This document shows positions 29,539 through 41,476 of a stretch of DNA of 64,000 bases, piece after piece (position 1 is the stretch's first letter; each line of letters opens with the position of its first letter). Made by a program: the position numbers and the translations under genes. The notes under the pieces were generated by a model. It saw only the letters and a program-made list of their open reading frames with translations, was not told the DNA's origin and searched no databases. Source of the stretch: Minisyncoccota bacterium (GTDB lineage: Bacteria > Patescibacteriota > Minisyncoccia > Minisyncoccales > GCA-002788555); the NCBI GenBank assembly GCA_028716825.1, contig JAQUPA010000001.1:13071-77070 (forward strand). Reading direction: 5' to 3'.

Positions 29539-30852
29539 ATGAAAAATATTAAGAATTTTTTAATTCAGAAAGCAAAAATATTGTTTTTGGGAGCATGCGT
29601 ATTTCAGCTTGCTTTTTTGCCAATTGGTCTTGCACCAAAAACAGCTCTTGCTGCCAGTTCCAACGATGTAATATATGGTGGAACATACTCTCTTTCTGAT
29701 TTAGCTGCAAAAATTAACTCAGGAAGCGATGGTAGACATGGTGATATTGGTGTTATTTTCAAGACTCTTGGAATTTATCCAAATGAATTCAACGGAAACA
29801 TTGATGGCGCAAATCGTCAAACTGTTGATGGTTGGGTTTATAAAGATGGGAGAGTCGTTTTGGCGAATGGCACAGTTGTTGCTTCCGGAAATGTTATTTC
29901 TGCAGGAAGAAGTAATCTTTCAGGATCTACACCAGATGTTTTTGGATTGCCAATCTATTGGAGACATCCCTCTGTGAGTTTTAATTCCTCAAGACTATCT
30001 GCTTTTATTCATATTGTAAATGGTAGGTTTTCTTGGGCGGTAGTTAAGTCTTGTGGAAATCCAATCAAGGTTTGGGGTTCACCTTCTGCTACTTTACATA
30101 AAGAAATAAGAAACGTTACAAGAAATAGCGGTTGGTCAACAGGCACTGTTGAAGGAAGAAGGGGAGATACAGTTGAGTATAGGCTTACTTATGACGTTGG
30201 TGACGAATCCTTAAATAATGTCTGGCTTTATGATGCTTTGCTAGCAAATACTGCTGATGGCAAAAAAAGCTACAGAGAATATTTATCTAACCCATGGGGG
30301 CTTGAACCATCGCAATATTTTCTTTGGTACCCAAGTGGAGTAGATATTGCAGGATATAAAGTTTCAAGAATGCTTGCTTGGTATGCTCCAGGAAGAGCTC
30401 CAAGAGCGCATGGTATTGCAACTTTTAGAGCAAAAGTAGAAAGTAATACACCAAAAGATACTTATATCTGTAATGACGCGGCTTTAAGAGCAGATAGGTT
30501 AGGAGTTCGTTTTAGTAACAAAGTTTGTGTTAAAATTATTGTTCCTTCGGGACCAACTCCAACACCAACTCCTACTCCAACACCAACACCAACGCCAACT
30601 CCTACTCCGACACCTACTTCTACTCCAACTCCAACTCCAACTCCAACACCTGAAGGTGAGGTCCTTGGAGCGTATGTTGAGAAGGAACTTCCAAAAATTC
30701 CAATCACAGGTGCTTCTTCGGCAGTAGCTCTAACATTTGTTTCTTCCGCATTGGGTTATGGAGCAGTTGCAAGAAAGAAACTCAAAGAAAAACTTTTGGG
30801 TTCAAAACTCCAGAACGCAATGGATATTGCAAGAAGGAAGAAAGGACTCTAA
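29539..30852 (+). CDS. cell-surface protein with signal peptide, (PT)n linker and sortase-type C-terminal sorting signal
   Basis: Signal peptide MKNIKNFLIQKAKILFLGACVFQLAFLP. A 30-residue PTPTPT... repeat at 30553-30650. C-terminus KIPITGASS, then a hydrophobic segment and an RKKLKEK tail (LPxTG-like). Confidence 0.65.
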   Translation: MKNIKNFLIQKAKILFLGACVFQLAFLPIGLAPKTALAASSNDVIYGGTYSLSDLAAKINSGSDGRHGDIGVIFKTLGIYPNEFNGNIDGANRQTVDGWVYKDGRVVLANGTVVASGNVISAGRSNLSGSTPDVFGLPIYWRHPSVSFNSSRLSAFIHIVNGRFSWAVVKSCGNPIKVWGSPSATLHKEIRNVTRNSGWSTGTVEGRRGDTVEYRLTYDVGDESLNNVWLYDALLANTADGKKSYREYLSNPWGLEPSQYFLWYPSGVDIAGYKVSRMLAWYAPGRAPRAHGIATFRAKVESNTPKDTYICNDAALRADRLGVRFSNKVCVKIIVPSGPTPTPTPTPTPTPTPTPTPTPTSTPTPTPTPTPEGEVLGAYVEKELPKIPITGASSAVALTFVSSALGYGAVARKKLKEKLLGSKLQNAMDIARRKKGL

Positions 30853-30882
30853 AAGTTAATAGCTATTTTAGCTAATTTAAAA

Positions 30883-30910
30883 CAGCCCCGCGTCGCGGGG
30901 CTGTTTTTGT
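30883..30910 (+). terminator. rho-independent terminator
   Basis: CAGCCCCGCGTCGCGGGGCTG hairpin followed by TTTTT. Confidence 0.8.
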
Positions 30911-30922
30911 TCATAAAAACCC

Positions 30923-30950
30923 TTGACAACAATTTTTATTTCCTTAAAAT
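30923..30950 (+). promoter_or_regulatory. groESL promoter (TTGACA, 16 nt, TAAAAT)
   Basis: TTGACA at 30923-30928 and TAAAAT at 30945-30950. Confidence 0.6.
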
Positions 30951-30956
30951 ACTAGA

Positions 30957-30983
30957 TTAGCAGTCAAAGGTCGAGAGTGCTAA
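30957..30983 (+). promoter_or_regulatory. CIRCE element (HrcA operator)
   Basis: TTAGCAGTC-N9-GAGTGCTAA against the consensus TTAGCACTC-N9-GAGTGCTAA, directly upstream of groES. Confidence 0.85.
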
Positions 30984-31003
30984 TTTAATGAATAAAAATA
31001 ATT

Positions 31004-32931
<1,928 letters not shown>

Positions 32932-33007
32932 AGTTTGGCTAAGAAAAGAAAAAAAGCTATAATTTAAAAGGGTAATCTTAGGGTTACCCTTTTAAAGTAG
33001 AAAAATT

Positions 33008-33988
33008 ATGAAAAAAACAAAAAAAGAATCCTCTGAATTGAGATTTGATATTGTTTCTGAGGATTGGATAGTTATTGCAACCGGCAGAGCAAAAAGACCA
33101 GAGAGTTTTCAAAAAGAAAGACGTAAAGAAAATTGGGAGAAAGGCGAATGTCCATTTTGTAATTTAAAAAGTCAATTATCACCAGTTTATGAATCACAAA
33201 ATATTACTGTAATTCCTAATTTATATCCTGCTTTTTCTGAAGAAAGTAAATTAGACGAGAGAGAAGTTGGACCCTACAAAAGAATGAATGGGGTGGGGTA
33301 CCACGAAGTTATTATTACAAAAGACCACAAAAAGCAGATGGCAGAATTTTCTATTAAAGAGACAAGAGAAGTGATTGATTGTTATCATAAAAGATATGTT
33401 GACTTAATGGACAAGAAATTTGTTAGCTATATTTCTATTTTTCATAATCATGGTAAAGAGGCGGGCGCTTCCATATCTCATCCTCATTCCCAGCTCATCG
33501 CAATTCCAATAATTGACCCCGATATCAAAAGATCTCTTAAGGGTTCAAAAAGATATTGGGAAAAGTACGGCCAGTGTCCCCACTGTACAATGATGAGATG
33601 GGACATTAAAGATAAACAAAGAATTATTTTTGAAAACAAAGATTTTGTTGTTCTCTGCCCTTACGCTTCCACCATAGCATTTGAGATGAGAATCTATCCT
33701 AAAAAACACGAAGCTTACTTTGAAAGGTTTGAAGAAGAAGAAAAGACAAATTTCGCAGAAGCTTTAAATATTGCTTTAAAATCTTTATTTAAAGGGCTCC
33801 AAGATCCTTCTTATAATTTCTTTTTACATACAGCTCCTTGTGATGGAAAGGATTATAGTCACTATCATTGGCACTTTGAAATTTTACCAAAAACAGATAT
33901 CCCAGCTGGTTTTGAGTTGGGAACCGGAATTGAGATTTGTACGATTGAGCCGGAAAGAGCAGCTGAGCATTTAAGGAAATTTATCTAA
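33008..33988 (+). CDS. galactose-1-phosphate uridylyltransferase-family (GalT-like HIT) nucleotidyltransferase
   Basis: CPFC zinc motif and the active-site HPHSQL (equivalent to HPHGQ). Confidence 0.7.
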   Translation: MKKTKKESSELRFDIVSEDWIVIATGRAKRPESFQKERRKENWEKGECPFCNLKSQLSPVYESQNITVIPNLYPAFSEESKLDEREVGPYKRMNGVGYHEVIITKDHKKQMAEFSIKETREVIDCYHKRYVDLMDKKFVSYISIFHNHGKEAGASISHPHSQLIAIPIIDPDIKRSLKGSKRYWEKYGQCPHCTMMRWDIKDKQRIIFENKDFVVLCPYASTIAFEMRIYPKKHEAYFERFEEEEKTNFAEALNIALKSLFKGLQDPSYNFFLHTAPCDGKDYSHYHWHFEILPKTDIPAGFELGTGIEICTIEPERAAEHLRKFI

Positions 33989-33989
33989 A

Positions 33990-35879
33990 TTAAATATTTT
34001 TGTAGGTAGGGTCTGTTTTTAATTCGTAGTATTTTCTTATAATTCTTCTTGCTCCAACAGCAGACCAGAGCTGAACTTTACTCATTCTGTAGTAGGCTTC
34101 TGGTTGTTCGTTAAAAAATTTCGGTGTTCCCCTTTCGTCAAAATGAACCTCGGGGACTGCTTTTAGTTCCGCAAATGTTTTTATTGTGTCTTCACAAATA
34201 TTTAGGAGAGTTTTTTTGATCAATTTTTGTAAATCTTTTGGCCAGTTTTCAGTAAGAGCTTTTTTAAGATGACGACTTAGTCCTAAAACACAGAAAGCGG
34301 TTTGCTTTGTCCATATTACAAGCCCGTGGTATTCTTGAGTTGTATATCCATATTTGTTATTTTTTGCAATAACCATAGGTCCAGAAGGTGTGTAAAAATA
34401 TTCTTTTGAAAGCAATCTTTCGCAGAAACTTCTTATTTCTTTTTGTGTACCGTCAAGATAAGTATAAAGATAAGCTTCATCCAGATTATTAATTTTCATT
34501 TTATCAAAACTAACACCTCCTTTTTTCTTTTTTGTGCCATATAAACAAAGCGCATAACCTATTCTATCTCTTTTATTTTTATTTATAAATTTATAATCAA
34601 TTTTTTTGTCCGTCCATTTTTTAATCAGCCTATCTATTTCTTTTGCCCTTTTTTGTAATCCCAATTTTGATTGGAATTTTTTAATCGTTAAAAGTGCTGC
34701 AGGATAGAAAACACAATTTACATCAAAAGGAGCAATAATAGGGTCAATTTTCTTGAAGGCCCAATGAGAATCTCTCCAATTACCGAAAGGATAATATTCT
34801 TCTTCGTTTTTTCTTAATTTTTCTGGTATTTTTTTAAAAGTTATAAGGTCCTTATTTTTTGCCTCATCTAGGATATATTTCGCAACTTTTCTTATTTTTT
34901 TATTGTTATTTTCTTTAGCAAGGAATGTTTCTGGTAAGTAATTTAATCCGATTATATAATTTGGTTCGATATCTATCATCCTTCTGTCATAAATATCTTT
35001 TCCGGCGATTTCATGCTCATATTTATATTCGCCAATTAGTTCTTCGTGCCAACCTTCGCCTTTTTTATTCACGTGAGAGATTGATTTTTCATACATATAG
35101 TTTATAACCTCAGGCCTTAGGTCGTGAGTTCCAAGTACTGCGCTTTCCATCCAATCTCTTGGGAAAATAGTTCCAAACCGGTCTCCAGACGTTTTCCCCC
35201 ATGTTATTAAGTGTTTTATTTCGATTTCTGTTCTTTCCATTATTCCTTTAACAGTTTTTTTATGTTTTCCAAAGAATTCATAATTGAAATCTTTAGCAGA
35301 GTAGAGAAAAAACTTCCTAAAAATTTTGTAGTTTATTTCATTTGTTTTTGCCTGGATAACAAAAGGTATTTCTTTCCCTTCCGTTTTTAGCTCAAACCCC
35401 AAAAGGGGAGAGGTTATTTTTTTTATTTTGATTTTTTTTGGGAATAAAAAATCTACTTGATAACAATATTCTCCGTAAGTTCTTTTGAAGATTATCTTTG
35501 TTAGTTTTTTACTAGAGGTTTTTTTTATGATTCTTGGGTAAGCCTTGCTAAAAAATTTATATCTTAGTTGTAGAAAATTTCCTGTCTTTTCTACTAGTTT
35601 TCTTAATGTTCTAATATCATCCATTATGGGATAGTAAAGATTGATTTTGCCTGCGAGAAAACTTCCTTGAATTTCAAGGTGTTGATTTATATTTTCTACT
35701 TTTTTTATTTTTATTTTATGGAGGGGTATATCGACTAAACCACAATATAAATGATTATTTGGGCCGATAATTCTAAACTGATCTAGTTCGTCAAAATCAA
35801 CATAATAGCCATTTGCTATCCAGAGATTTTTTTCAATTTTTACGCTATTTTTTTTCTGCGTAGTATTTATTCTGTCCAT
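33990..35879 (-). CDS. large hypothetical protein, possibly six-hairpin glycosidase-like (amylo-alpha-1,6-glucosidase-type C-terminal domain)
   Basis: 629 aa. FGTIFPRDWMESA and GYTTQEYHGLVIWTKQTAF are reminiscent of GDE_C-like (alpha/alpha)6 domains. Weak call. Confidence 0.35.
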   Translation of the reverse strand: MDRINTTQKKNSVKIEKNLWIANGYYVDFDELDQFRIIGPNNHLYCGLVDIPLHKIKIKKVENINQHLEIQGSFLAGKINLYYPIMDDIRTLRKLVEKTGNFLQLRYKFFSKAYPRIIKKTSSKKLTKIIFKRTYGEYCYQVDFLFPKKIKIKKITSPLLGFELKTEGKEIPFVIQAKTNEINYKIFRKFFLYSAKDFNYEFFGKHKKTVKGIMERTEIEIKHLITWGKTSGDRFGTIFPRDWMESAVLGTHDLRPEVINYMYEKSISHVNKKGEGWHEELIGEYKYEHEIAGKDIYDRRMIDIEPNYIIGLNYLPETFLAKENNNKKIRKVAKYILDEAKNKDLITFKKIPEKLRKNEEEYYPFGNWRDSHWAFKKIDPIIAPFDVNCVFYPAALLTIKKFQSKLGLQKRAKEIDRLIKKWTDKKIDYKFINKNKRDRIGYALCLYGTKKKKGGVSFDKMKINNLDEAYLYTYLDGTQKEIRSFCERLLSKEYFYTPSGPMVIAKNNKYGYTTQEYHGLVIWTKQTAFCVLGLSRHLKKALTENWPKDLQKLIKKTLLNICEDTIKTFAELKAVPEVHFDERGTPKFFNEQPEAYYRMSKVQLWSAVGARRIIRKYYELKTDPTYKNI

Positions 35880-36003
35880 ATCCCTTTAGTATTTAAAATT
35901 TCCTTAATTATTTTTTTTGAATATCTCAATTGCTTTTTCTGTTCGGGCGTTATTTTTTCTTCTTCTCCGGGTATTTGAGGAATTTTTTCAACATTATTCA
36001 TTT

Positions 36004-37089
36004 TTATTTTTTAGCCACTCTATAATATATTTTTTCATATTCATCTATCATCTTTTCTACGCCAAATTTGTTTTCAACCCACTTTCTGCAATCACTTCTT
36101 TTAATTTGACCAATTTTTTCCACAGCATCTACTGCTTGTTTTAAATTATTTACTATAAATCCTGTTTTTTTATCCTTGATAATTTCTGGCACAGAACCAT
36201 GTCCGAATGCTATAACTGGTGTTCCACATGCCATCGCTTCTGTCATTACAAGCCCGAAAGGCTCTTCCCACTGAATAGGAAATAGAAAACATTTTGCTTT
36301 CTTGTAAAGTTGCGGCATTTTTTTATAAGGGACAACTCCGATATATTGAATATTTTTGTATTTTAGATTCGGCTTTATTTCTTTTTTAAAATATTCCTCG
36401 TCAGTTATTTGTCCAGCAATCTTTAGGGGTACTTTTGTTATTTTTGCTATTTTACAAGCGACATGAATTCCCTTTTCTTTAGTTAATCTTCCTGCTGTGA
36501 GAAAAAAATCCCCGTCCTTTTTATTGAATTTATATTTTGTCATTTCTATGCCGTTATAAACTGTTCCAGCATATCTAAGGTTCGGAGCAGCTTTTCTTTG
36601 TGCTTTTGAAATAGAGACAAAAAATAGTTGAGGGTATTTTTTATAATATTGGAATATAAATTTTCTAAAAGGATCGTCTAAGGGATCGTGTATAGTGATA
36701 ACAGTTGGTATTTTAATAAGGGGAGCAAGGTGGAAAGCTCGGCGATAAGGGTGGACATGAATTAAGTCAAACATTCCTTTTTGGGCCATTTGATACATTT
36801 TTCCAACTAAAATATTTTCATACATTCCCACCATGCTACTATGAGTTACATTGCTTTTTGAAAACTTTTTCGTATTTTTATATAGAGATTTTTTTTCTTC
36901 CGAAATAAGTTTTGCTTTTGTTTTAGAATCAGAAGATCCAAAAAGATAAACTTTATGACCCCTTTTTACCATTCCTTCTGCGATCCACGACGTTAACCAG
37001 AGAGGAGCATAAATAGATTCTCCTGGTGGGGGAGTTGAATATTCGTTGCTGCAAAACATTGCTATTTTGAGTTTCCTTTTTTTTACCAT
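36004..37089 (-). CDS. glycosyltransferase family 4
   Basis: EPFGLVMTEAMACGTPVIA motif (the GT4 E-x7-E region). Confidence 0.8.
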   Translation of the reverse strand: MVKKRKLKIAMFCSNEYSTPPPGESIYAPLWLTSWIAEGMVKRGHKVYLFGSSDSKTKAKLISEEKKSLYKNTKKFSKSNVTHSSMVGMYENILVGKMYQMAQKGMFDLIHVHPYRRAFHLAPLIKIPTVITIHDPLDDPFRKFIFQYYKKYPQLFFVSISKAQRKAAPNLRYAGTVYNGIEMTKYKFNKKDGDFFLTAGRLTKEKGIHVACKIAKITKVPLKIAGQITDEEYFKKEIKPNLKYKNIQYIGVVPYKKMPQLYKKAKCFLFPIQWEEPFGLVMTEAMACGTPVIAFGHGSVPEIIKDKKTGFIVNNLKQAVDAVEKIGQIKRSDCRKWVENKFGVEKMIDEYEKIYYRVAKK

Positions 37090-37101
37090 AATTTTTTAAA
37101 A

Positions 37102-38148
37102 TTATTTTTTAGGTTTTATTATTTTTCTGTAGATTTTTTCATATCCATCTACCATTTTCTCAACAGTAAATTTTTCCTCAACCCACTTTCTACAATTTTC
37201 TCTTTTTATTGTATCAATTTTTTTTACTGCTTTCACTGCTTCTTTTACGTTTTTTACTACAAAACCAGTCTTTCCATTTTTTACAACTTCTCTTGCAGAG
37301 CCACGGTCAAAAACGATTACTGGCGTTCCACAAGCCATAGCCTCTGGCATTACAAGACCAAAAGGCTCTTCCCAGTTTATAGGTAGGATTAAAGCTTTTG
37401 CATTTTTTAAAAGTTTAACTTTTTCTGTATGGGCGATTTCTCCAATGAACTTTATTTTTCTTCCGTCAATCAATGGTTTTACTCCTTTTTTAAAGTATGG
37501 TTCATCAACAACATCTATTTTTGATGCCATCTTCATGGGAAGATTTGCTCCTTTCGCGATTTTTATCGCTTCAATCGCTCCCTTTTCTTCTGACATTCTG
37601 CCGAGAAAAGCTAAATAATTCCCGCCCTTTTTTGAGAAATCAAATTTTTTAACTTCAATGCCATTATAAACCGTGGCCACAAAGTTTAATTCTGGTAAAA
37701 ATTTTCTTTGAGCATTGCTTATTGAGACATAATTTAAGTGCTTTAATTCTTTATATGCAGGTTTTCTAGGTTTGTCGTTAATTGGTCCATGTAGAGTGCT
37801 TACGGTTGGTGTGTTAAGTAGTTCTGCTACACAAATGAACCTCCAATTAAGATGGCTATGAATAATGTCGGGTTTTAATTCTTTTATTTTTTTTATTGCT
37901 TTGTTTATGCCAACCCATTTCATTGTTTCTCTAAATCTTGAATCTCTGCTTAAAGGATATTTTCTCATGGCTTTCGGTAATACCGGTACTAGTTTAGCGC
38001 TTGTTTTAGAATCTCCCGACGCAAAAAGATAAACTTCGTGCCCTCTATTTATAAGTTCTTCTGTTATGCTATAGACAACACGTTCAACGCCTCCATATTT
38101 TTTTGCAGGAACGGGTTCTTCAAAGGCAGAAATTTGAACTATTTTCAT
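37102..38148 (-). CDS. glycosyltransferase family 4 (paralog)
   Basis: EPFGLVMPEAMACGTPVIV. About 45% identity to the neighbour. Confidence 0.8.
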   Translation of the reverse strand: MKIVQISAFEEPVPAKKYGGVERVVYSITEELINRGHEVYLFASGDSKTSAKLVPVLPKAMRKYPLSRDSRFRETMKWVGINKAIKKIKELKPDIIHSHLNWRFICVAELLNTPTVSTLHGPINDKPRKPAYKELKHLNYVSISNAQRKFLPELNFVATVYNGIEVKKFDFSKKGGNYLAFLGRMSEEKGAIEAIKIAKGANLPMKMASKIDVVDEPYFKKGVKPLIDGRKIKFIGEIAHTEKVKLLKNAKALILPINWEEPFGLVMPEAMACGTPVIVFDRGSAREVVKNGKTGFVVKNVKEAVKAVKKIDTIKRENCRKWVEEKFTVEKMVDGYEKIYRKIIKPKK

Positions 38149-38154
38149 TGAATT

Positions 38155-39441
38155 TTATATATACTTTTTATATTCGTCGCTAATTTTTTTTGCGATAAAA
38201 GGCCAAGAGTGATTTTTTGATACGTATTTATAGCCATTTTTAATGAGTTTTTCTTGGAGTCTTTTTGAAGAATATAGCATTTGGACTTTGTTTTTTATGT
38301 CAACGGGACTACGTGCTTTAAATAAAAGGCCTGTTTTTTTATGAGAAATTATTTCTTTTAATCCGCCAACGGCAGATACAATAACAGGTATTTTTGTTGC
38401 CATTCCTTCGAGTGCTACAAGACCGAACGGTTCATAGTAAGAGGGGACAATCAAAGCATCTGCGGCAGAATAAAAATTTCTTAATCTTCTGTGATTTATC
38501 ATACCGGTAAATTTAATGAGATTTTCAACTTTTTCTTTTTTTGCTTTCTCGAGTAATCTTTCATATTCTTTAAAATCTAAAACATTTTTTTCTTTGCCAT
38601 GTATTTTCCCTCCAACAATAACAATTTTAATATTTGGAATTTTCTTTTTTAGAAGTTTGGTTGCGGTTATTAAAGATCCAATTCCTTTACGCCACTCAAG
38701 TCGGCCAACGTACAAAAGTACAAAGTTTTTTTGGTCTATTCGTAAGCTCTCTCTCGCTTTTTCTTTTGAAAGTGGCTTAAATTTCTGAAGATTTACGCCC
38801 CCAGGGATAACTTTTACTTTTCCTGGAATGGAATCATAGATTTTAACCAGCGATTCTTTTTCGCTTTTTGCAAGACTTACGACTGCGTCAGCTCTCTCTA
38901 CCGTTTCTTTTTCTACGTCAAATCTTTTCTGAAAATAATCAGTTTCGTTTTTGTTCGTTAAATATTTCTTTTTTGTGGCTTGCCTGATTTTTCCTAAAGA
39001 ATGAAAGTTTTCAATAAGCGGTTTTGAAAATTGGCATTTTGCTTTTAACGCCATCCATGCTCCATCCCAGTAATGCCCATGGAAAACATCGTAGTTATCT
39101 TTAACTTCAATGAATTTCAAGAAATTTAAATAAACTTCTGGCAATATATTAAAAAGTTCGGTTTTTTGGACATAACTTTTCTTACCGCCTCTTAACCTAA
39201 CCACTCTTGCGTTTTTGTTGATTTGAGAAATATGTTTTTTATTTGTGGAGTCCCAACGAGTAAAGACATCTACTTTATGTCCTAATTTGCCGAGTTCTTC
39301 GGCTAAAGATCTTACGTAGATGTTTTGTCCTCCAGTTTCTTGAGAACCAAGATGTGCGAGGGGGTCGGAGTGTATGCTGAACATCGCTATTTTCAGAACG
39401 TTTTCCTTCCCGTTTTTAGTATTTTTTCCCATTTTAAGCAA
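38155..39441 (-). CDS. glycosyltransferase family 4, MshA/sucrose-phosphate-synthase-like
   Basis: GGQNIYV near the N-terminus and EPFGLVALEGMA near the C-terminus. Confidence 0.7.
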   Translation of the reverse strand: MLKMGKNTKNGKENVLKIAMFSIHSDPLAHLGSQETGGQNIYVRSLAEELGKLGHKVDVFTRWDSTNKKHISQINKNARVVRLRGGKKSYVQKTELFNILPEVYLNFLKFIEVKDNYDVFHGHYWDGAWMALKAKCQFSKPLIENFHSLGKIRQATKKKYLTNKNETDYFQKRFDVEKETVERADAVVSLAKSEKESLVKIYDSIPGKVKVIPGGVNLQKFKPLSKEKARESLRIDQKNFVLLYVGRLEWRKGIGSLITATKLLKKKIPNIKIVIVGGKIHGKEKNVLDFKEYERLLEKAKKEKVENLIKFTGMINHRRLRNFYSAADALIVPSYYEPFGLVALEGMATKIPVIVSAVGGLKEIISHKKTGLLFKARSPVDIKNKVQMLYSSKRLQEKLIKNGYKYVSKNHSWPFIAKKISDEYKKYI

Positions 39442-39602
39442 ATAAAAGAGAAATCCCTGGAAACATCCCAGAAATTAATCCAATCATCTATTTTATGTTA
39501 AATATTGGAAATTTTCAAGAATAAGCTTTTTGCTTGATTTTGAGCAATCATTGAAAAAAAACAAGAAATATGTTAAAAGGAAAAGGTAATTTTATAAAAA
39601 AC

Positions 39603-39788
39603 ATGAGGAAATGTGAAATTTGCGGGAAAACATATACTGTAAAAACCGTTCGAAAGAAATTAAGAGGTAAATATAATCCCACAAGCAAACAAAGGAAGTA
39701 TCCAAATTTACAATGGGTGCGTTTGCCATCTGGCAAGCGCGTCAAAGCTTGCACAAAGTGTATCAAGACCCTTTCAAAAACGAAATAG
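39603..39788 (+). CDS. rpmB: 50S ribosomal protein L28
   Basis: MRKCEICGK...NPTSKQRKYPNLQWVRL...ACTKCIKTL matches the L28 core (N.TKRRF.PNLQ). ATG 39603 is preferred over the upstream ATG 39570. Confidence 0.75.
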   Translation: MRKCEICGKTYTVKTVRKKLRGKYNPTSKQRKYPNLQWVRLPSGKRVKACTKCIKTLSKTK

Positions 39789-39802
39789 TTTCAATCAGAA
39801 GC

Positions 39803-39874
39803 CGGGGCATAGTATAATGGTTATTATGCAGGGCTGGGGGTCTTGTGACCTGGGTTCGATTCCCAGTGCCCCGA
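39803..39874 (+). tRNA. tRNA (probably Pro, anticodon GGG; anticodon arm weak)
   Basis: Acceptor CGGGGCA/TGCCCCG (7/7 paired), T-arm CTGGGTTCGATTCCCAG, D-loop AATGGTTA. The anticodon stem needs G-U pairs around the loop CTGGGGG. No CCA encoded. Confidence 0.55.
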
Positions 39875-39906
39875 AACAAAGGTCTTTTTAAAAACTTATA
39901 AGAACC

Positions 39907-40299
39907 ATGGAAGGACCATTTTCAAATTTAGACCAACCACCAAATGGACAAGAAAATAATGAAAAGAATTTAGAAGACCAGTTAAAGAAAACAAGCGAAG
40001 TATTAGAAAAAGCTGAGCAGCCAATGATTAATAGAAAACGTATGAATATTATAGGAGAACAAATACGTAAACTTGGCTTTTCAGATCAAAAGCAAAAAGA
40101 GATGATGCCGGTCTTGATAAAAAATGAAGAAATTATAAAGATGTGCGATGAAATTTTAGAATTAGAATCCAAAACTACTCCACAAGTAAATGCAGAAACC
40201 GATTTGACGACAAAGGAAGAGATAGAAATTAAAGAGGGACAGTTAAGATCAAAAATTGAGGAAGGATCTTTTGACGCTGAAGAAGAAAAAGCGGCTTAA
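39907..40299 (+). CDS. acidic hypothetical protein
   Basis: 130 aa, Glu/Lys-rich. A terminator-like hairpin follows at 40322-40349. Confidence 0.45.
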   Translation: MEGPFSNLDQPPNGQENNEKNLEDQLKKTSEVLEKAEQPMINRKRMNIIGEQIRKLGFSDQKQKEMMPVLIKNEEIIKMCDEILELESKTTPQVNAETDLTTKEEIEIKEGQLRSKIEEGSFDAEEEKAA

Positions 40300-40356
40300 T
40301 TGTTTAATAAATAAATTCGTAAAAGCGGGGCTTTACACTCCGCTTTTATATTAAAC

Positions 40357-40384
40357 TTGAAAAATAAAGAATTTATTGTATAAT
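40357..40384 (+). promoter_or_regulatory. sigma70-type promoter (TTGAAA, 16 nt, TATAAT)
   Basis: TTGAAA at 40357-40362 and TATAAT at 40379-40384. Confidence 0.5.
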
Positions 40385-40432
40385 AAAAGGGTTAGTCTAG
40401 TATATAACATAAAGAGTTTAGGAGGTGCGAAG

Positions 40433-40693
40433 GTGGATAAAAATAGAGCTAACCAATTGCGAAAAGCTGTGGATTCAGCGCTTAATGAAGTGCTGGAAGC
40501 AAAGACTGAGATAGATGAAGCCAAGGAAGAATGGCGAGAAATTGTATCTAGTCATTCAGTAAACAAAGCTGAGAAGATCATCGCAGAAAGGAATATTTTC
40601 CAAAGGGCTAAAGAAGCCCGGAGAAGACGAGACGAGGCCTGGAAAAAGTATTATAACTTATCCGATGAGTTAACCAGAATATTAAGGTCTTAA
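40433..40693 (+). CDS. small helical hypothetical protein (island gene A)
   Basis: GTG start 5 nt after TAGGAGGTG. GC about 45%. 86 aa, coiled-coil-like. Confidence 0.5.
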   Translation: MDKNRANQLRKAVDSALNEVLEAKTEIDEAKEEWREIVSSHSVNKAEKIIAERNIFQRAKEARRRRDEAWKKYYNLSDELTRILRS

Positions 40694-40712
40694 GGAACAG
40701 GGGGGGATAAGA

Positions 40713-40964
40713 TTGAATTTCGCAGATTCGTTGGATGAGAGGCTTTTTTGGAACGAAGAAGAGCGAAAGAGTGTCTTGCGAGAGATAGAACAACTTTCCA
40801 AAAAAGCAGACGAAACTTCTTCCGCCCGTCGCAAGAAAAAGATACTCACAAATATAGATGAGATGTGGAAGAAGAATTTCGATCTGTTCGACGAGTGGCT
40901 AAACATAGTTTCATGCCAAGCCGAAGAATTAGATAATGACGTAGAGCATCGAGAAAGGAGGTGA
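40713..40964 (+). CDS. small hypothetical protein (island gene B)
   Basis: TTG start after a GGGGGGG run. Its stop overlaps the RBS of gene C. Confidence 0.45.
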   Translation: MNFADSLDERLFWNEEERKSVLREIEQLSKKADETSSARRKKKILTNIDEMWKKNFDLFDEWLNIVSCQAEELDNDVEHRERR

Positions 40965-40969
40965 AAGAG

Positions 40970-41269
40970 ATGAAGCTTTCCATAGGACCTTTAAGTGTTT
41001 GGGTTTACAAAAAGATCTCTGCAGGGGGCAGAAGCGTGGTAACTGCGGAGCTCGAAAAAGATGACGGAACCGTTGTCATAGTTTCTCCCGATCTTTCAGG
41101 GCAGAAGGCCAACATAAGAGAGCTCTGCATTATACCAAATTTTCCTTCCTTCGAGGTCGCCTTCGAGGACGGTAATGTCTTACGTATATTCATCCAGGAT
41201 GACGAGATCATGGTCGTGGATTTACGTAGAGAGGTTACCAGAATTCCTTTTTACAAGAAGGAAACCTAG
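40970..41269 (+). CDS. small hypothetical protein (island gene C)
   Basis: ATG 5 nt after AAAGGAGGTG. 99 aa. Followed by a hairpin and T-run terminator at 41303-41329. Confidence 0.5.
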   Translation: MKLSIGPLSVWVYKKISAGGRSVVTAELEKDDGTVVIVSPDLSGQKANIRELCIIPNFPSFEVAFEDGNVLRIFIQDDEIMVVDLRREVTRIPFYKKET

Positions 41270-41476
41270 GTCAAGTAAGAAAAGATAAAGGAGGTGGTTC
41301 ATGCGGTCTGAAATACGGCCGCTTTTTTATTTCTGTTTTCAAATATATCTTAGCATCTTATTGACTTTTCAGGAAAATCATTTTATAAAATAAAGTAAGC
41401 ATTTTTAAATTAGTTCCTTAAAATTAAGGGATTTTTATATGTTTTGTAAGGTTGTTCGGAGAAGGGAAAAGAGAAG

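Noticed and set aside
30462-30727. ORFs with GVGVGV / QLQLQ repeats
   Set aside because: They are alternative-frame translations of the (PT)n-encoding repeat in the surface-protein gene.
41301-41393. 30-codon ORF (MRSEIRPLFYFCF...) directly behind AAGGAGGTG
   Set aside because: The hairpin and T-run terminator at 41303-41329 lie inside it. It is more likely the terminator of the upstream operon than a gene, though a leader peptide cannot be excluded.
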